64,000 nucleotides of DNA, from NCBI GenBank assembly GCA_965200765.1, contig OZ241380.1, positions 1,106,417-1,170,416 on the forward strand, read 5' to 3'. This document shows positions 26,874 through 35,055 of this stretch, piece after piece. The DNA comes from Arenicellales bacterium. Its GTDB lineage: Bacteria; Pseudomonadota; Gammaproteobacteria; Arenicellales; JAJDZL01. A program made the translations under genes and the position numbers. The first letter of the stretch is position 1; the number at the start of each line of letters is the position of its first letter. The notes under the pieces are model-generated. The model had not been told where the DNA came from and did not search any database. It saw only the letters and a program-made list of their open reading frames with translations.

Positions 26874-28505
26874 CTACATGTTCGGGTAGTTGGGTCCGCC
26901 ACCGCCTTCAGGAACTGCCCAATTGATATTCTGCATCGGGTCCTTGATATCGCAGGTTTTGCAGTGTACACAATTTTGCGCGTTGATCACCAATTGAGGA
27001 TTTTTGTCTTCACCATCGACAATTTCGTAGACTCCGGCAGGGCAGTATCGTTGCTCCGGCGCCTCATACAAGGCCAAATTGACGTCAATCGGTGTAGCAG
27101 TATTCTGTAGTTGCAAGTGCACCGGCTGGTTTTCTTCATGATTCGTGTTGGAAAGATAGACTGAAGAATTGCGGTCAAAACTCAGTACACCATCTGGTTT
27201 TGGATACTCAATCGGTTTGAAATTCTTGGCAGGCTTCAGGCTATCGTGGTCGGTATGATGAGACTTGGTCCAAGGAGCCTTGCCGCGAAAGAGATAGGTT
27301 TCAAACGCAGCATTGATTATGCCGTTCCAAAAACCGTTCTGGAAACCTGGGCGAATGTTTCGAGCGCGGTACAGTTCATCCCAGAGCCAGGATTTCTCAA
27401 GATTTTCCGGATATGCGGTTAGTTCACCATTATTTCCCGATTTCAAATGGTCGAATGCTGCTTCTGCCGCCACAATGGCAGATTTCATTGATGTGTGAGT
27501 GCCTTTGATTTTGGGCATGTTCAAAAATCCGGCACAGTCGCCAATCAGCGCACCACCCGGAAACACAAGCTTCGGAATGGATTGAAAGCCGCCTTCATTC
27601 AAAGCTCTTGCACCATAAGCAACTCTCCGGCCGTTTTTGAAAGTGTCGCGTACCGCAGGATGATGCTTGAACCTTTGAAACTCTTCAAAAGGGTTAAGGT
27701 AAGGATTCTGATAGTCAAGGCCAATCACAAAGCCAACTGAAACCTGATTGTCTTCCAGGTGGTATACAAATGAGCCACCGTAGGTTTTTGAATCCAGCGG
27801 CCAGCCGACGCTGTGCCATACAAGTCCTTGACGGTGACATTCAGGAGTGACTTCCCAAAGTTCCTTGATGCCGATTCCGAATGTTTGAGGTTGCACTCCG
27901 TCACGCAAGTTATAACGCTCAAACAGTTTTTTAGTCAGAGAACCCCGGCATCCTTCTGCAAACAGTACCAGTTTGGCGCGCAATTCAGCACCGGGCACAA
28001 AATTTGCAGTTTGCTTGCCCTCCTTGTCAATACCCATATCGCCGGTTACTACGCCAACTACGCGATCATTTTCGATTAAAAGATCGGCCGCAGGATAGCC
28101 CGGAATAATGTCAACGCCAAGTTCTTCGGCTTGCTCCCCTAGCCAGCGACACAGATTTCCCAGAGAGATGACATAGTTGCCGTGGTTGTTCATTTGTGGT
28201 GGAGTAGGGAATGGAATTGCTAACTTTTCTGTCAAATATACGAATTTGTCTTTGGTAGCAGGCGAGTTCAGCGGTGCTCCTTTCTCCTTCCAGTCAGGGA
28301 TCAATTCGTTCAGCGCGCGCGGTTCAAGTACTGCCCCTGACAGGATATGTGCGCCGATTTCAGAGCCTTTCTCCAGTAAACAAACAGAGATTTCGTGGTT
28401 GTTTTCCTTGCACAGTTGGCGCAGTCGAATACCAGCCGACAAGCCGGAAGGACCGCCGCCAACAATGACAACATCGTATTCAAGTACGTCTCGTTCGATT
28501 TCCAT
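26874..28505 (-). CDS. Electron-transfer flavoprotein:ubiquinone oxidoreductase (ETF-QO)
   Basis: FAD motif VVIVGGGPSGLSAG and a C-terminal 4Fe-4S ferredoxin-like segment NCVHCKTCDIKDP. Confidence 0.92.
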   Translation of the reverse strand: MEIERDVLEYDVVIVGGGPSGLSAGIRLRQLCKENNHEISVCLLEKGSEIGAHILSGAVLEPRALNELIPDWKEKGAPLNSPATKDKFVYLTEKLAIPFPTPPQMNNHGNYVISLGNLCRWLGEQAEELGVDIIPGYPAADLLIENDRVVGVVTGDMGIDKEGKQTANFVPGAELRAKLVLFAEGCRGSLTKKLFERYNLRDGVQPQTFGIGIKELWEVTPECHRQGLVWHSVGWPLDSKTYGGSFVYHLEDNQVSVGFVIGLDYQNPYLNPFEEFQRFKHHPAVRDTFKNGRRVAYGARALNEGGFQSIPKLVFPGGALIGDCAGFLNMPKIKGTHTSMKSAIVAAEAAFDHLKSGNNGELTAYPENLEKSWLWDELYRARNIRPGFQNGFWNGIINAAFETYLFRGKAPWTKSHHTDHDSLKPAKNFKPIEYPKPDGVLSFDRNSSVYLSNTNHEENQPVHLQLQNTATPIDVNLALYEAPEQRYCPAGVYEIVDGEDKNPQLVINAQNCVHCKTCDIKDPMQNINWAVPEGGGGPNYPNM

Positions 28506-28529
28506 ATCAGATTGTGGTGCGTAATGTTT

Positions 28530-29165
28530 TCAGTTTTGCGGTGTCAATACTTCAACCCGGATATCAGTGGGGTCGCCATCGTTGCAGGGATTATTGATCT
28601 GCGGGCAGTTTGAAATAAGTGCCAATATTCGCATTTCAGCTTGCAGCTTTACATACTCTCCGGGGCGCGAAGGGCTTTGAGCGAAGACGCTTGCCTCTGT
28701 GCTGCCATCTCCATGCACCGGAACTGAACAAAAGAAATTGATATTTGGCACAATGTCTGTCCATCCCATGCCATGTGTCTCCAGCGATTGAAGAAAATTC
28801 TCTCGACAACCATTCGTTGATGTAGCACCGTAGAGCATTTTGTTGCCAGGAATCGAGCAGCAACCAGCGATTGTGTCATGACCTCCCAATGAGTCTTCAA
28901 CCACTGTCATCATAGGGTTTGCAAAGTCGGAGTAAAGGACTGTATCCTTTTCAATGCGGATATTCTTGGCCGCCTTGATTGTATTGGGTGCATGATAGCG
29001 TTCTTTTCGATTGTCTGCGTTGTAGCACAGAAAATCTACCCCTTGCTTTCCCTCAAGGTCGGTTATTTTCAGAAATTGACCCATTTCCAGTACACCTTGC
29101 CATGGATGTCCAGCCGGTACAATCGTATCGCTAACAGTGATTGTGTTTGTTGTCGTGTCTGCCAT
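28530..29165 (-). CDS. DUF1989 (urea-carboxylase-associated-type) family protein
   Basis: 211 aa. GHDTIAGCCS and the surrounding pattern match my recollection of the DUF1989/YcgI family. Confidence 0.6.
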   Translation of the reverse strand: MADTTTNTITVSDTIVPAGHPWQGVLEMGQFLKITDLEGKQGVDFLCYNADNRKERYHAPNTIKAAKNIRIEKDTVLYSDFANPMMTVVEDSLGGHDTIAGCCSIPGNKMLYGATSTNGCRENFLQSLETHGMGWTDIVPNINFFCSVPVHGDGSTEASVFAQSPSRPGEYVKLQAEMRILALISNCPQINNPCNDGDPTDIRVEVLTPQN

Positions 29166-29514
29166 TTGGACAATTCTGGTAGTTTCACAGGATAAAAGCT
29201 TCTGTGTCTCAACACAGTATAACCGCTAACAAAGCCTTGCGGGACAAAATTCATCTTGTATTTCTCAATCACGAAATCTCTGTTGCACAACCCAGGTTTG
29301 TCCACTCGGTGCGATACTTGGCGTCGGAATTCCATTTTTGGCAGTGTTATCCAATGACAGCTTGAATCATCTGGTGCATCGGCATTGTCACAAGAACAGG
29401 TGTTGTTGTGGCATAATTTGTAGCACGCAGATTGATTTTGTTGTGCCCAGGTGCGTTCAACAGGGTCATTCAACAACTGAATCTGGTTCATTACAAATCG
29501 AGGGATTTCTATCA

Positions 29515-30282
29515 ATGCAGACGAATGGAGTTGCTGCGCTTGTAACAGGTGCAGCTTCAGGAATGGGTGAAGCAACCGCTCGGTACTTGGCGAATTCTGG
29601 TGCGAAGGTTGCTTTTTTGGACATGAACAAGGAAAAGATCGCAGTCTCTGCGAAAGAATGTAACGGTGTAGCGATTGAGTGTGATGTTACGAGCGAGAAA
29701 AGTATGGAAGAAGCGGTCGCGGTTGCCAGAGAGCATCATGGCGTTGCGCGGATTTTGATTAACTGCGCGGGGATCGCTCCGGCTGCCCGGATCGTCAATC
29801 GGGAAGGGCAGGCCATGCCACTTGCTGAATTCAAACGAGTGATTGATGTAAATTTGATTGGTACATTCAATGCAATTCGATTGATGGCGGCGGATTTGCA
29901 GAGTGCAGAGCCACTGGATGACGTGGGCGAGAAGGGCGTAATTGTAAATGTCGCGTCGGTGTCAGCTTTTGAAGGACAGGTTGGACAAGCCGCATACAGT
30001 TCGTCAAAAGGTGCGATTGTTGCATTGACGATTCAGGCGGCGCGTGAGCTTTCGAGTTCCGGAATTCGTGTAATGACTATCGCACCTGGTTTAATCGCCA
30101 CTCCCATGTTGTTCGGGATGCCGCAAGCGGTGCAAGATAGCCTTGCACTGCAAGTTCCTTTCCCCAAGCGATTGGGGAATCCTGAAGAATTTGCAGGTCT
30201 TGTGGGGCATATTCTGGAAAATCAAATGTTGAATGGCGAAGTGATTCGCCTGGATGGAGCGATTCGAATGCAACCGAAGTAG
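29515..30282 (+). CDS. SDR-family dehydrogenase (3-hydroxyacyl-CoA dehydrogenase type II-like)
   Basis: TGAASGMGEA cofactor motif, and a catalytic S...YSSSK (YxxxK). The ATG at 29515 is preferred; the ORF-track start at 29338 adds 59 Cys/His-rich junk-like residues. Confidence 0.85.
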   Translation: MQTNGVAALVTGAASGMGEATARYLANSGAKVAFLDMNKEKIAVSAKECNGVAIECDVTSEKSMEEAVAVAREHHGVARILINCAGIAPAARIVNREGQAMPLAEFKRVIDVNLIGTFNAIRLMAADLQSAEPLDDVGEKGVIVNVASVSAFEGQVGQAAYSSSKGAIVALTIQAARELSSSGIRVMTIAPGLIATPMLFGMPQAVQDSLALQVPFPKRLGNPEEFAGLVGHILENQMLNGEVIRLDGAIRMQPK

Positions 30283-30425
30283 GTTGCTAAGCGTCAAAAC
30301 CCTAATAATTCTTTCGCTTGTTTTTGCCCGTTTGTTGCATTAGAAATTGAGAATGATAAGAATTTTTGTTGTAAAGCTTTGCTTTCAAGAGCATCTTCCA
30401 CTCTGGGCATTTGTTTAACTTGAAT

Positions 30426-30821
30426 TCAAGAATGTAACTTTAATCGATTTCTTATTTTGGATTGAAGTTCGAGCACATCAAGAGATAATGGATTGTCTTG
30501 GTCTTCGGCGTATTCATTCCACAAAAATTCCAGCTCGGCTTCCAAAGTATTTTCGAGGTCAGTGCGGGTCTCGTCATAGATGTAGTGGATAAACTCACCT
30601 TCAAGTCCATAGTAGAAAGTCTTAGTGTCAAAAGTTACATCAAATTTTAAGGGCGGTTCAGCATAATAGTACTGCTCATTTATCCTCACCTTATTCACTT
30701 CAATTGGATTTTCGTCTACTGCGAGAATCTTATCTACCTTACTAATAGAAACAGGTTCGTCTCTCTTGTTGAATACAATGTCGCCATATACATGAACAGG
30801 TTTACGAAGATTGTCAAGCAA
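30426..30821 (-). CDS. Hypothetical acidic protein downstream of the DNA methyltransferase (frame B)
   Basis: 131-aa ORF from a TTG start. The same frame is open upstream to about nt 30902 without an ATG. The gene is AT-rich with an acidic C-terminal half (EAELEFLWNEYAEDQDNPLSLD). Confidence 0.45.
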   Translation of the reverse strand: MLDNLRKPVHVYGDIVFNKRDEPVSISKVDKILAVDENPIEVNKVRINEQYYYAEPPLKFDVTFDTKTFYYGLEGEFIHYIYDETRTDLENTLEAELEFLWNEYAEDQDNPLSLDVLELQSKIRNRLKLHS

Positions 30822-30982
30822 AATCGGTTTGATATTTTGAACACTCGAGTAGCAGGCAACAGGTGGTGACCAGATATTAGCCTGATTTGAATTTCTTCTT
30901 TTTCAACATCAATTCTATTCAAGAAGCCTGTTATGTGGTAAGGCTTACAATCACTTACGAATGCAATGGTATTTTTGATCAT
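30734..30982 (-). CDS. Short ORF (frame A) starting 13 nt after the methyltransferase stop; possible 5' part of a frameshifted gene
   Basis: ATG-initiated 82-aa ORF. Its first ~27 residues look protein-like (MIKNTIAFVSDCKPYHITGFLNRIDVE) and its tail looks like out-of-frame junk (FCLTIFVNLFMYMATLY). It overlaps frame B by about 90-170 nt. Confidence 0.3.
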   Translation of the reverse strand: MIKNTIAFVSDCKPYHITGFLNRIDVEKEEIQIRLISGHHLLPATRVFKISNRFCLTIFVNLFMYMATLYSTRETNLFLLVR

Positions 30983-30994
30983 TAAAGCAGACTC

Positions 30995-31885
30995 CTAATT
31001 AAATAGTGTTGGTTGAAGTTTATCAGGTACTGAAACTGGCGCATATTCAAATGTATTTGATGGCCAAATACGTTCTAAATTATCTGTGTAAAAGTAATCA
31101 CTTTGATAACGATCTATGTGATCAGATTTACGAAAGGAGTTTAATCTGTTTTCGATTAACTCAAAATTCAATGGATCTTTCTCTATCCCGATAACATATC
31201 GGTCGAGTTGACTTGCTACTGATAATGTAGTCCCTGTTCCAGCGAATGGATCAAATATGCAGTCCCCAGGTAAAGATGAAGTAAGAATAATTCTCAACAG
31301 CAATGCAATAGGAGATTGCTGTTTGTGTGCTCGTTCACCAGAATGCGTACGTAAAGCTTCATCACCGGCAAAATACCCTGAGGTCAACTCTCTGATGTCG
31401 TCCCAAACGTCATTTACACAAACCCCTTTTGTTCTGGGCGTGTATCCATGTGGAAGTGGAGGATTGATTCGCAAACGATTGAACACTGAAGGGGGACTGC
31501 CTTTTGTTGCATAAACAATAATTTGATATGCTTTGCCGTAACGATGGATGCCAGGTACAATAGATGTTTTCTTTTTCCATATTATTAGGTTCTGAAACGT
31601 CCATCCAGATTTTCTTAATGTTTCAAGTACACGCTCTGAATTCTTTTCTCTCTGCATGAAGTATATTGCTGCACCAGTGGCAGAGTGCTTAAAAATACCC
31701 TCTGATATGTTCAACATCCATTCCCAATATTGATCATCGTTCATTTGATCATCATGGTTTCGATAGTCTTTGCCTTGATTGAACGGCGGGTCAAGAAAAG
31801 AGACATTGAATTCGGGCACGTCCAGTTCTTCGCTTGATAACCATTTCGAGCAATCAGTACAGATTAATTTATGTTTATTAGACAT
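30995..31885 (-). CDS. Beta-class DNA methyltransferase (N6-adenine or N4-cytosine; N6_N4_Mtase family)
   Basis: Catalytic motif IV DPPF (SFLDPPFNQG) lies N-terminal to AdoMet motif I (FDPFAGTGTT). This is the beta-class order typical of ParB-less type II/orphan amino-methyltransferases. Confidence 0.85.
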   Translation of the reverse strand: MSNKHKLICTDCSKWLSSEELDVPEFNVSFLDPPFNQGKDYRNHDDQMNDDQYWEWMLNISEGIFKHSATGAAIYFMQREKNSERVLETLRKSGWTFQNLIIWKKKTSIVPGIHRYGKAYQIIVYATKGSPPSVFNRLRINPPLPHGYTPRTKGVCVNDVWDDIRELTSGYFAGDEALRTHSGERAHKQQSPIALLLRIILTSSLPGDCIFDPFAGTGTTLSVASQLDRYVIGIEKDPLNFELIENRLNSFRKSDHIDRYQSDYFYTDNLERIWPSNTFEYAPVSVPDKLQPTLFN

Positions 31886-32135
31886 TTTGGTAATATTTGA
31901 GTATTGATGTTACAATTCTAACCCAAATTCAATTTTACGTACCTGCAAAGATAACAGGCCAAGAAAGATTTCCACCATGAGCAGAAAGAAATATAACCCC
32001 AAAACCGCGAAATGTCAACTGTGATGTCTTCAATTCAAAGAATTGCCGACGAGAAAAAGTGAAATACTTACACTACCTTCCTTTGCGAAGCGAATATTTG
32101 AAAGATTAAGTAGTCAAGTAAAATTCCACACTGGA

Positions 32136-32780
32136 TTAGTCGTTTGCAGGCTTTGTACCGTCTTTGATGTGTTTCAATCGGGTCATTGCTTCGCGGTTAA
32201 ACAGATACGGCTTCTCCAGGTAGTCAAGTAAAACATCCAGTGAATCAAGTCCCCAGAACAGTTCGTTGTCGTAGCACAATGTAGGTACGCCGTAAACTCC
32301 CTGTTCAATTGCAAACTCTGTATTTGAACGCAGACTATCCTTGACGGCAGGAGCACTGATTAGTGGGGTTGCATCACGAACATTTAAACTCGAACACACC
32401 GCATTCCAGCATTCTTCGCTCGTTGGGTCTAGCTCTTTTGTCCAGATGACTTGAAAAATCTTGCTTACAACTTCATGCGTATTGTCAAGTGCAATGGACA
32501 AGCGGAGGTAGGGAAGAGGGTTGAATGGATGTATATCCGGTGTACGAAAAGGGATCCCCAGTTTTTCGGCAAGCCATGTGGTATGGCGGTAGGTGAACAA
32601 CCTTTTCTGTTCAATTTCAACCGGCCCCAGATGTCCCCAATGTTTGAGTAGCGCGGCAAACAACACAGGAGTGAGTTTGACTTCAACATTGCCAGGAATA
32701 CGATACAGTTGTTCATGAAGCAGATAGGAAAACGGTGATATGAAATCAAACAGGATTTCAACTTGTTTATTCTTTGACAT
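32136..32780 (-). CDS. 2-hydroxychromene-2-carboxylate isomerase / DsbA-like thioredoxin-fold family protein
   Basis: N-terminal ILFDFISPFSYL and C-terminal GVPTLCYDNELFWGLD are characteristic of the HCCA isomerase family. Confidence 0.75.
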   Translation of the reverse strand: MSKNKQVEILFDFISPFSYLLHEQLYRIPGNVEVKLTPVLFAALLKHWGHLGPVEIEQKRLFTYRHTTWLAEKLGIPFRTPDIHPFNPLPYLRLSIALDNTHEVVSKIFQVIWTKELDPTSEECWNAVCSSLNVRDATPLISAPAVKDSLRSNTEFAIEQGVYGVPTLCYDNELFWGLDSLDVLLDYLEKPYLFNREAMTRLKHIKDGTKPAND

Positions 32781-32786
32781 GATTGT

Positions 32787-34424
32787 CTATTCCAGTGAAT
32801 TTGCCAGTTCGCGAAGCTTGAACTTCTGGATTTTACCGGTAGATGTTTTCGGTAGCTCACAAAACACAACTGTTCTTGGAGCCTTGAATCTAGCCATGTT
32901 CATCTTGCAATACTCAATGAGTTCAGCTTCGGTAGGTTGCGGTTCTGCATTGGGGTTCAATGTGACAAATGCGCACGGTGTTTCTCCCCATTTTTCGTCG
33001 TTTCGGGCTACAACAGCGGCCGCCATGACTGCGGGATGCTCGAACAACACGTCTTCGATTTCAATGGACGAGATATTTTCCCCTCCTGAAATGATGATGT
33101 CTTTCGACCGATCTTTCAGTTGAATGTAGTTGTCCGGATGCATCACTCCAAGGTCACCCGAGTGAAACCAACCACCTTCGAACGCTTCCTCAGTCGCGGT
33201 CGGATTTTTCAGATAGCCTTTCATTACATTGTTTCCCTGAAACATGACTTCGCCCAATGTTTCTTTGTCAGAAGGCAGATTTTGCATGGTCTCGGGGTCC
33301 TGGATTTGCAGGTCATTCAAAGCAATGTTAGGTACGCCTTGACGCGATTTGAGTTGTGCGCGTTCTGATTCACTCAAGTCATTCCAGTCTTGATTCCATG
33401 CACAAATCACCGCCGGACCGTATGTTTCTGTCAAACCGTACACGTGGGTCATATGAAAGCCGCTTGCCTCCATTTGCGCCAGTACTGATGCTGGCGGCGG
33501 GGCCGCAGCTGTCATGACTTTCACTAGATGGTCAAACTCGCGTTTGTCGTCGTTGCTAGCGTTGGTCACCATGCCCAATACTATGGGGGCACCGCAAAAA
33601 TGTGTCACTCCATGGTCGGCAATGGCATCGAAGATATTCTTCGCATTGACTTGACGCAGACAAACATTGGTTCCGGTCATCATTGCCATGGTCCATGGAA
33701 AACACCATCCGTTGCAGTGAAACATGGGAAGTGTCCACAGATAAACCGGATGAAAGGGCAGTTGCCAATCAAGTGCAATGCTCAGTACATTCAGGTATGC
33801 TCCGCGATGATGATAAACCACTCCTTTGGGGTTTCCTGTCGTTCCGGAAGTGTAGTTCAACGAGATGGCATCCCACTCGTCTTCAGGCATTTTGAAAAAA
33901 AATTCAAATTTTTCTTGACTTATGAGGGTTTCATAGTCCATACTTCCCTGCTTTGTATTATGTTGCAGTGCATCATCAATTATGTCAATTACGGAAATAT
34001 CTCTGTTGACCATGCCGAGTGCTGTATCAACGACACTCGAATATTCAGTGTCGGCGAGCAGGATATTCGTTTCGGAATGGTCGAGAATGACCGCGACCGT
34101 ACTGGCATCCAGACGCGTATTCAGAGAATTCAGCACCGCACCCGACATGGGCACTCCGAAATGGGCTTCGTACATTGGTGGTGTATTGGGACACATGATT
34201 GATACAGTATCCCCGTGTTGCACGCCAAGTTTCTGCAAACCCGAAGCGAGTTGATGGCACCGTCTGGTTGTTTCTTGCCATGTATACCGCTGATTTCCGT
34301 AAATTAGCGATGTTCTGTTCGGAAAAGCTCGATTACACCGTTCCAGAAAGCTCAAGGGTGTCAACGGAACATAGTTTGCCGGATTCTTGTCTAGACCGTA
34401 TTCGTATGGATTATCTGATTTCAT
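32787..34424 (-). CDS. AMP-dependent acyl-CoA synthetase (medium-chain type)
   Basis: YTSGTTGNPKGV, SGDLG, and the C-terminal PKTSTGKIQKF. Confidence 0.88.
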   Translation of the reverse strand: MKSDNPYEYGLDKNPANYVPLTPLSFLERCNRAFPNRTSLIYGNQRYTWQETTRRCHQLASGLQKLGVQHGDTVSIMCPNTPPMYEAHFGVPMSGAVLNSLNTRLDASTVAVILDHSETNILLADTEYSSVVDTALGMVNRDISVIDIIDDALQHNTKQGSMDYETLISQEKFEFFFKMPEDEWDAISLNYTSGTTGNPKGVVYHHRGAYLNVLSIALDWQLPFHPVYLWTLPMFHCNGWCFPWTMAMMTGTNVCLRQVNAKNIFDAIADHGVTHFCGAPIVLGMVTNASNDDKREFDHLVKVMTAAAPPPASVLAQMEASGFHMTHVYGLTETYGPAVICAWNQDWNDLSESERAQLKSRQGVPNIALNDLQIQDPETMQNLPSDKETLGEVMFQGNNVMKGYLKNPTATEEAFEGGWFHSGDLGVMHPDNYIQLKDRSKDIIISGGENISSIEIEDVLFEHPAVMAAAVVARNDEKWGETPCAFVTLNPNAEPQPTEAELIEYCKMNMARFKAPRTVVFCELPKTSTGKIQKFKLRELANSLE

Positions 34425-34546
34425 TGATATTTGTCGCTATGGTTCGCTATCGTCGCGAGAATTTGAGTTCAATGAAATTATACGAACTTCATCTTAAATT
34501 TTTTCAACTCCAACCTTTTATAGGAAATCACTGAACGAGGTATGTA

Positions 34547-35041
34547 ATGGTTGACGAAAAAACCTTTTCTGATTTGCATGGCTACTACTTTGAGGACTTG
34601 CAAGTAGGAATGTCCGCTGTACACGGCAAAACGGTAACAGATGCAGATGTGCTGATGTTTACAGGTGTATCCGGAGATACTAATCCGTTGCATCTGAATC
34701 GTGATTTTGCCGGCGGCACTCCATTTGGCGAACCCATTGTCCACGGCATGTTGACTGCAAGTCTGATTTCGACATTAATCGGTACGCGCTTGCCTGGTCC
34801 AGGTTGTATTTACATGAACCAGAGTCTTAAATTCACTGCACCGGTACGGGTTGGAGATACGGTCATCGCAAGAGCCACGATTCGGGAAATGGATCGCGAG
34901 CGACCTTATGTGATTATGGAAACGGTCTGCGAAGTTGACGGTGAAATCGTTCTTGAGGGCAAGGCAAAAATCAAGGTGCCACGCCGGTCGAATGGAAAAA
35001 ATCTGCCAAATTCAACAAATGTTCGAAATGGTTCTTCCTAA
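34547..35041 (+). CDS. MaoC-like (R)-specific enoyl-CoA hydratase (PhaJ-like)
   Basis: Hot-dog fold MaoC dehydratase pattern (FTGVSGDTNPLHLN...IVHGML). It lies immediately upstream of phaC. Confidence 0.82.
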   Translation: MVDEKTFSDLHGYYFEDLQVGMSAVHGKTVTDADVLMFTGVSGDTNPLHLNRDFAGGTPFGEPIVHGMLTASLISTLIGTRLPGPGCIYMNQSLKFTAPVRVGDTVIARATIREMDRERPYVIMETVCEVDGEIVLEGKAKIKVPRRSNGKNLPNSTNVRNGSS

Positions 35042-35055
35042 TCATTTATAATGCA

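Noticed and set aside
30283-32135. Search for terminal repeats of the AT-rich islet (left 'gaattcaagaat' at ~30423 vs right 'caattcaaagaat' at ~32030).
   Set aside because: The two are only about 11 nt long, imperfect and AT-rich, which is indistinguishable from chance. No integrase or transposase is present to support a defined mobile element.
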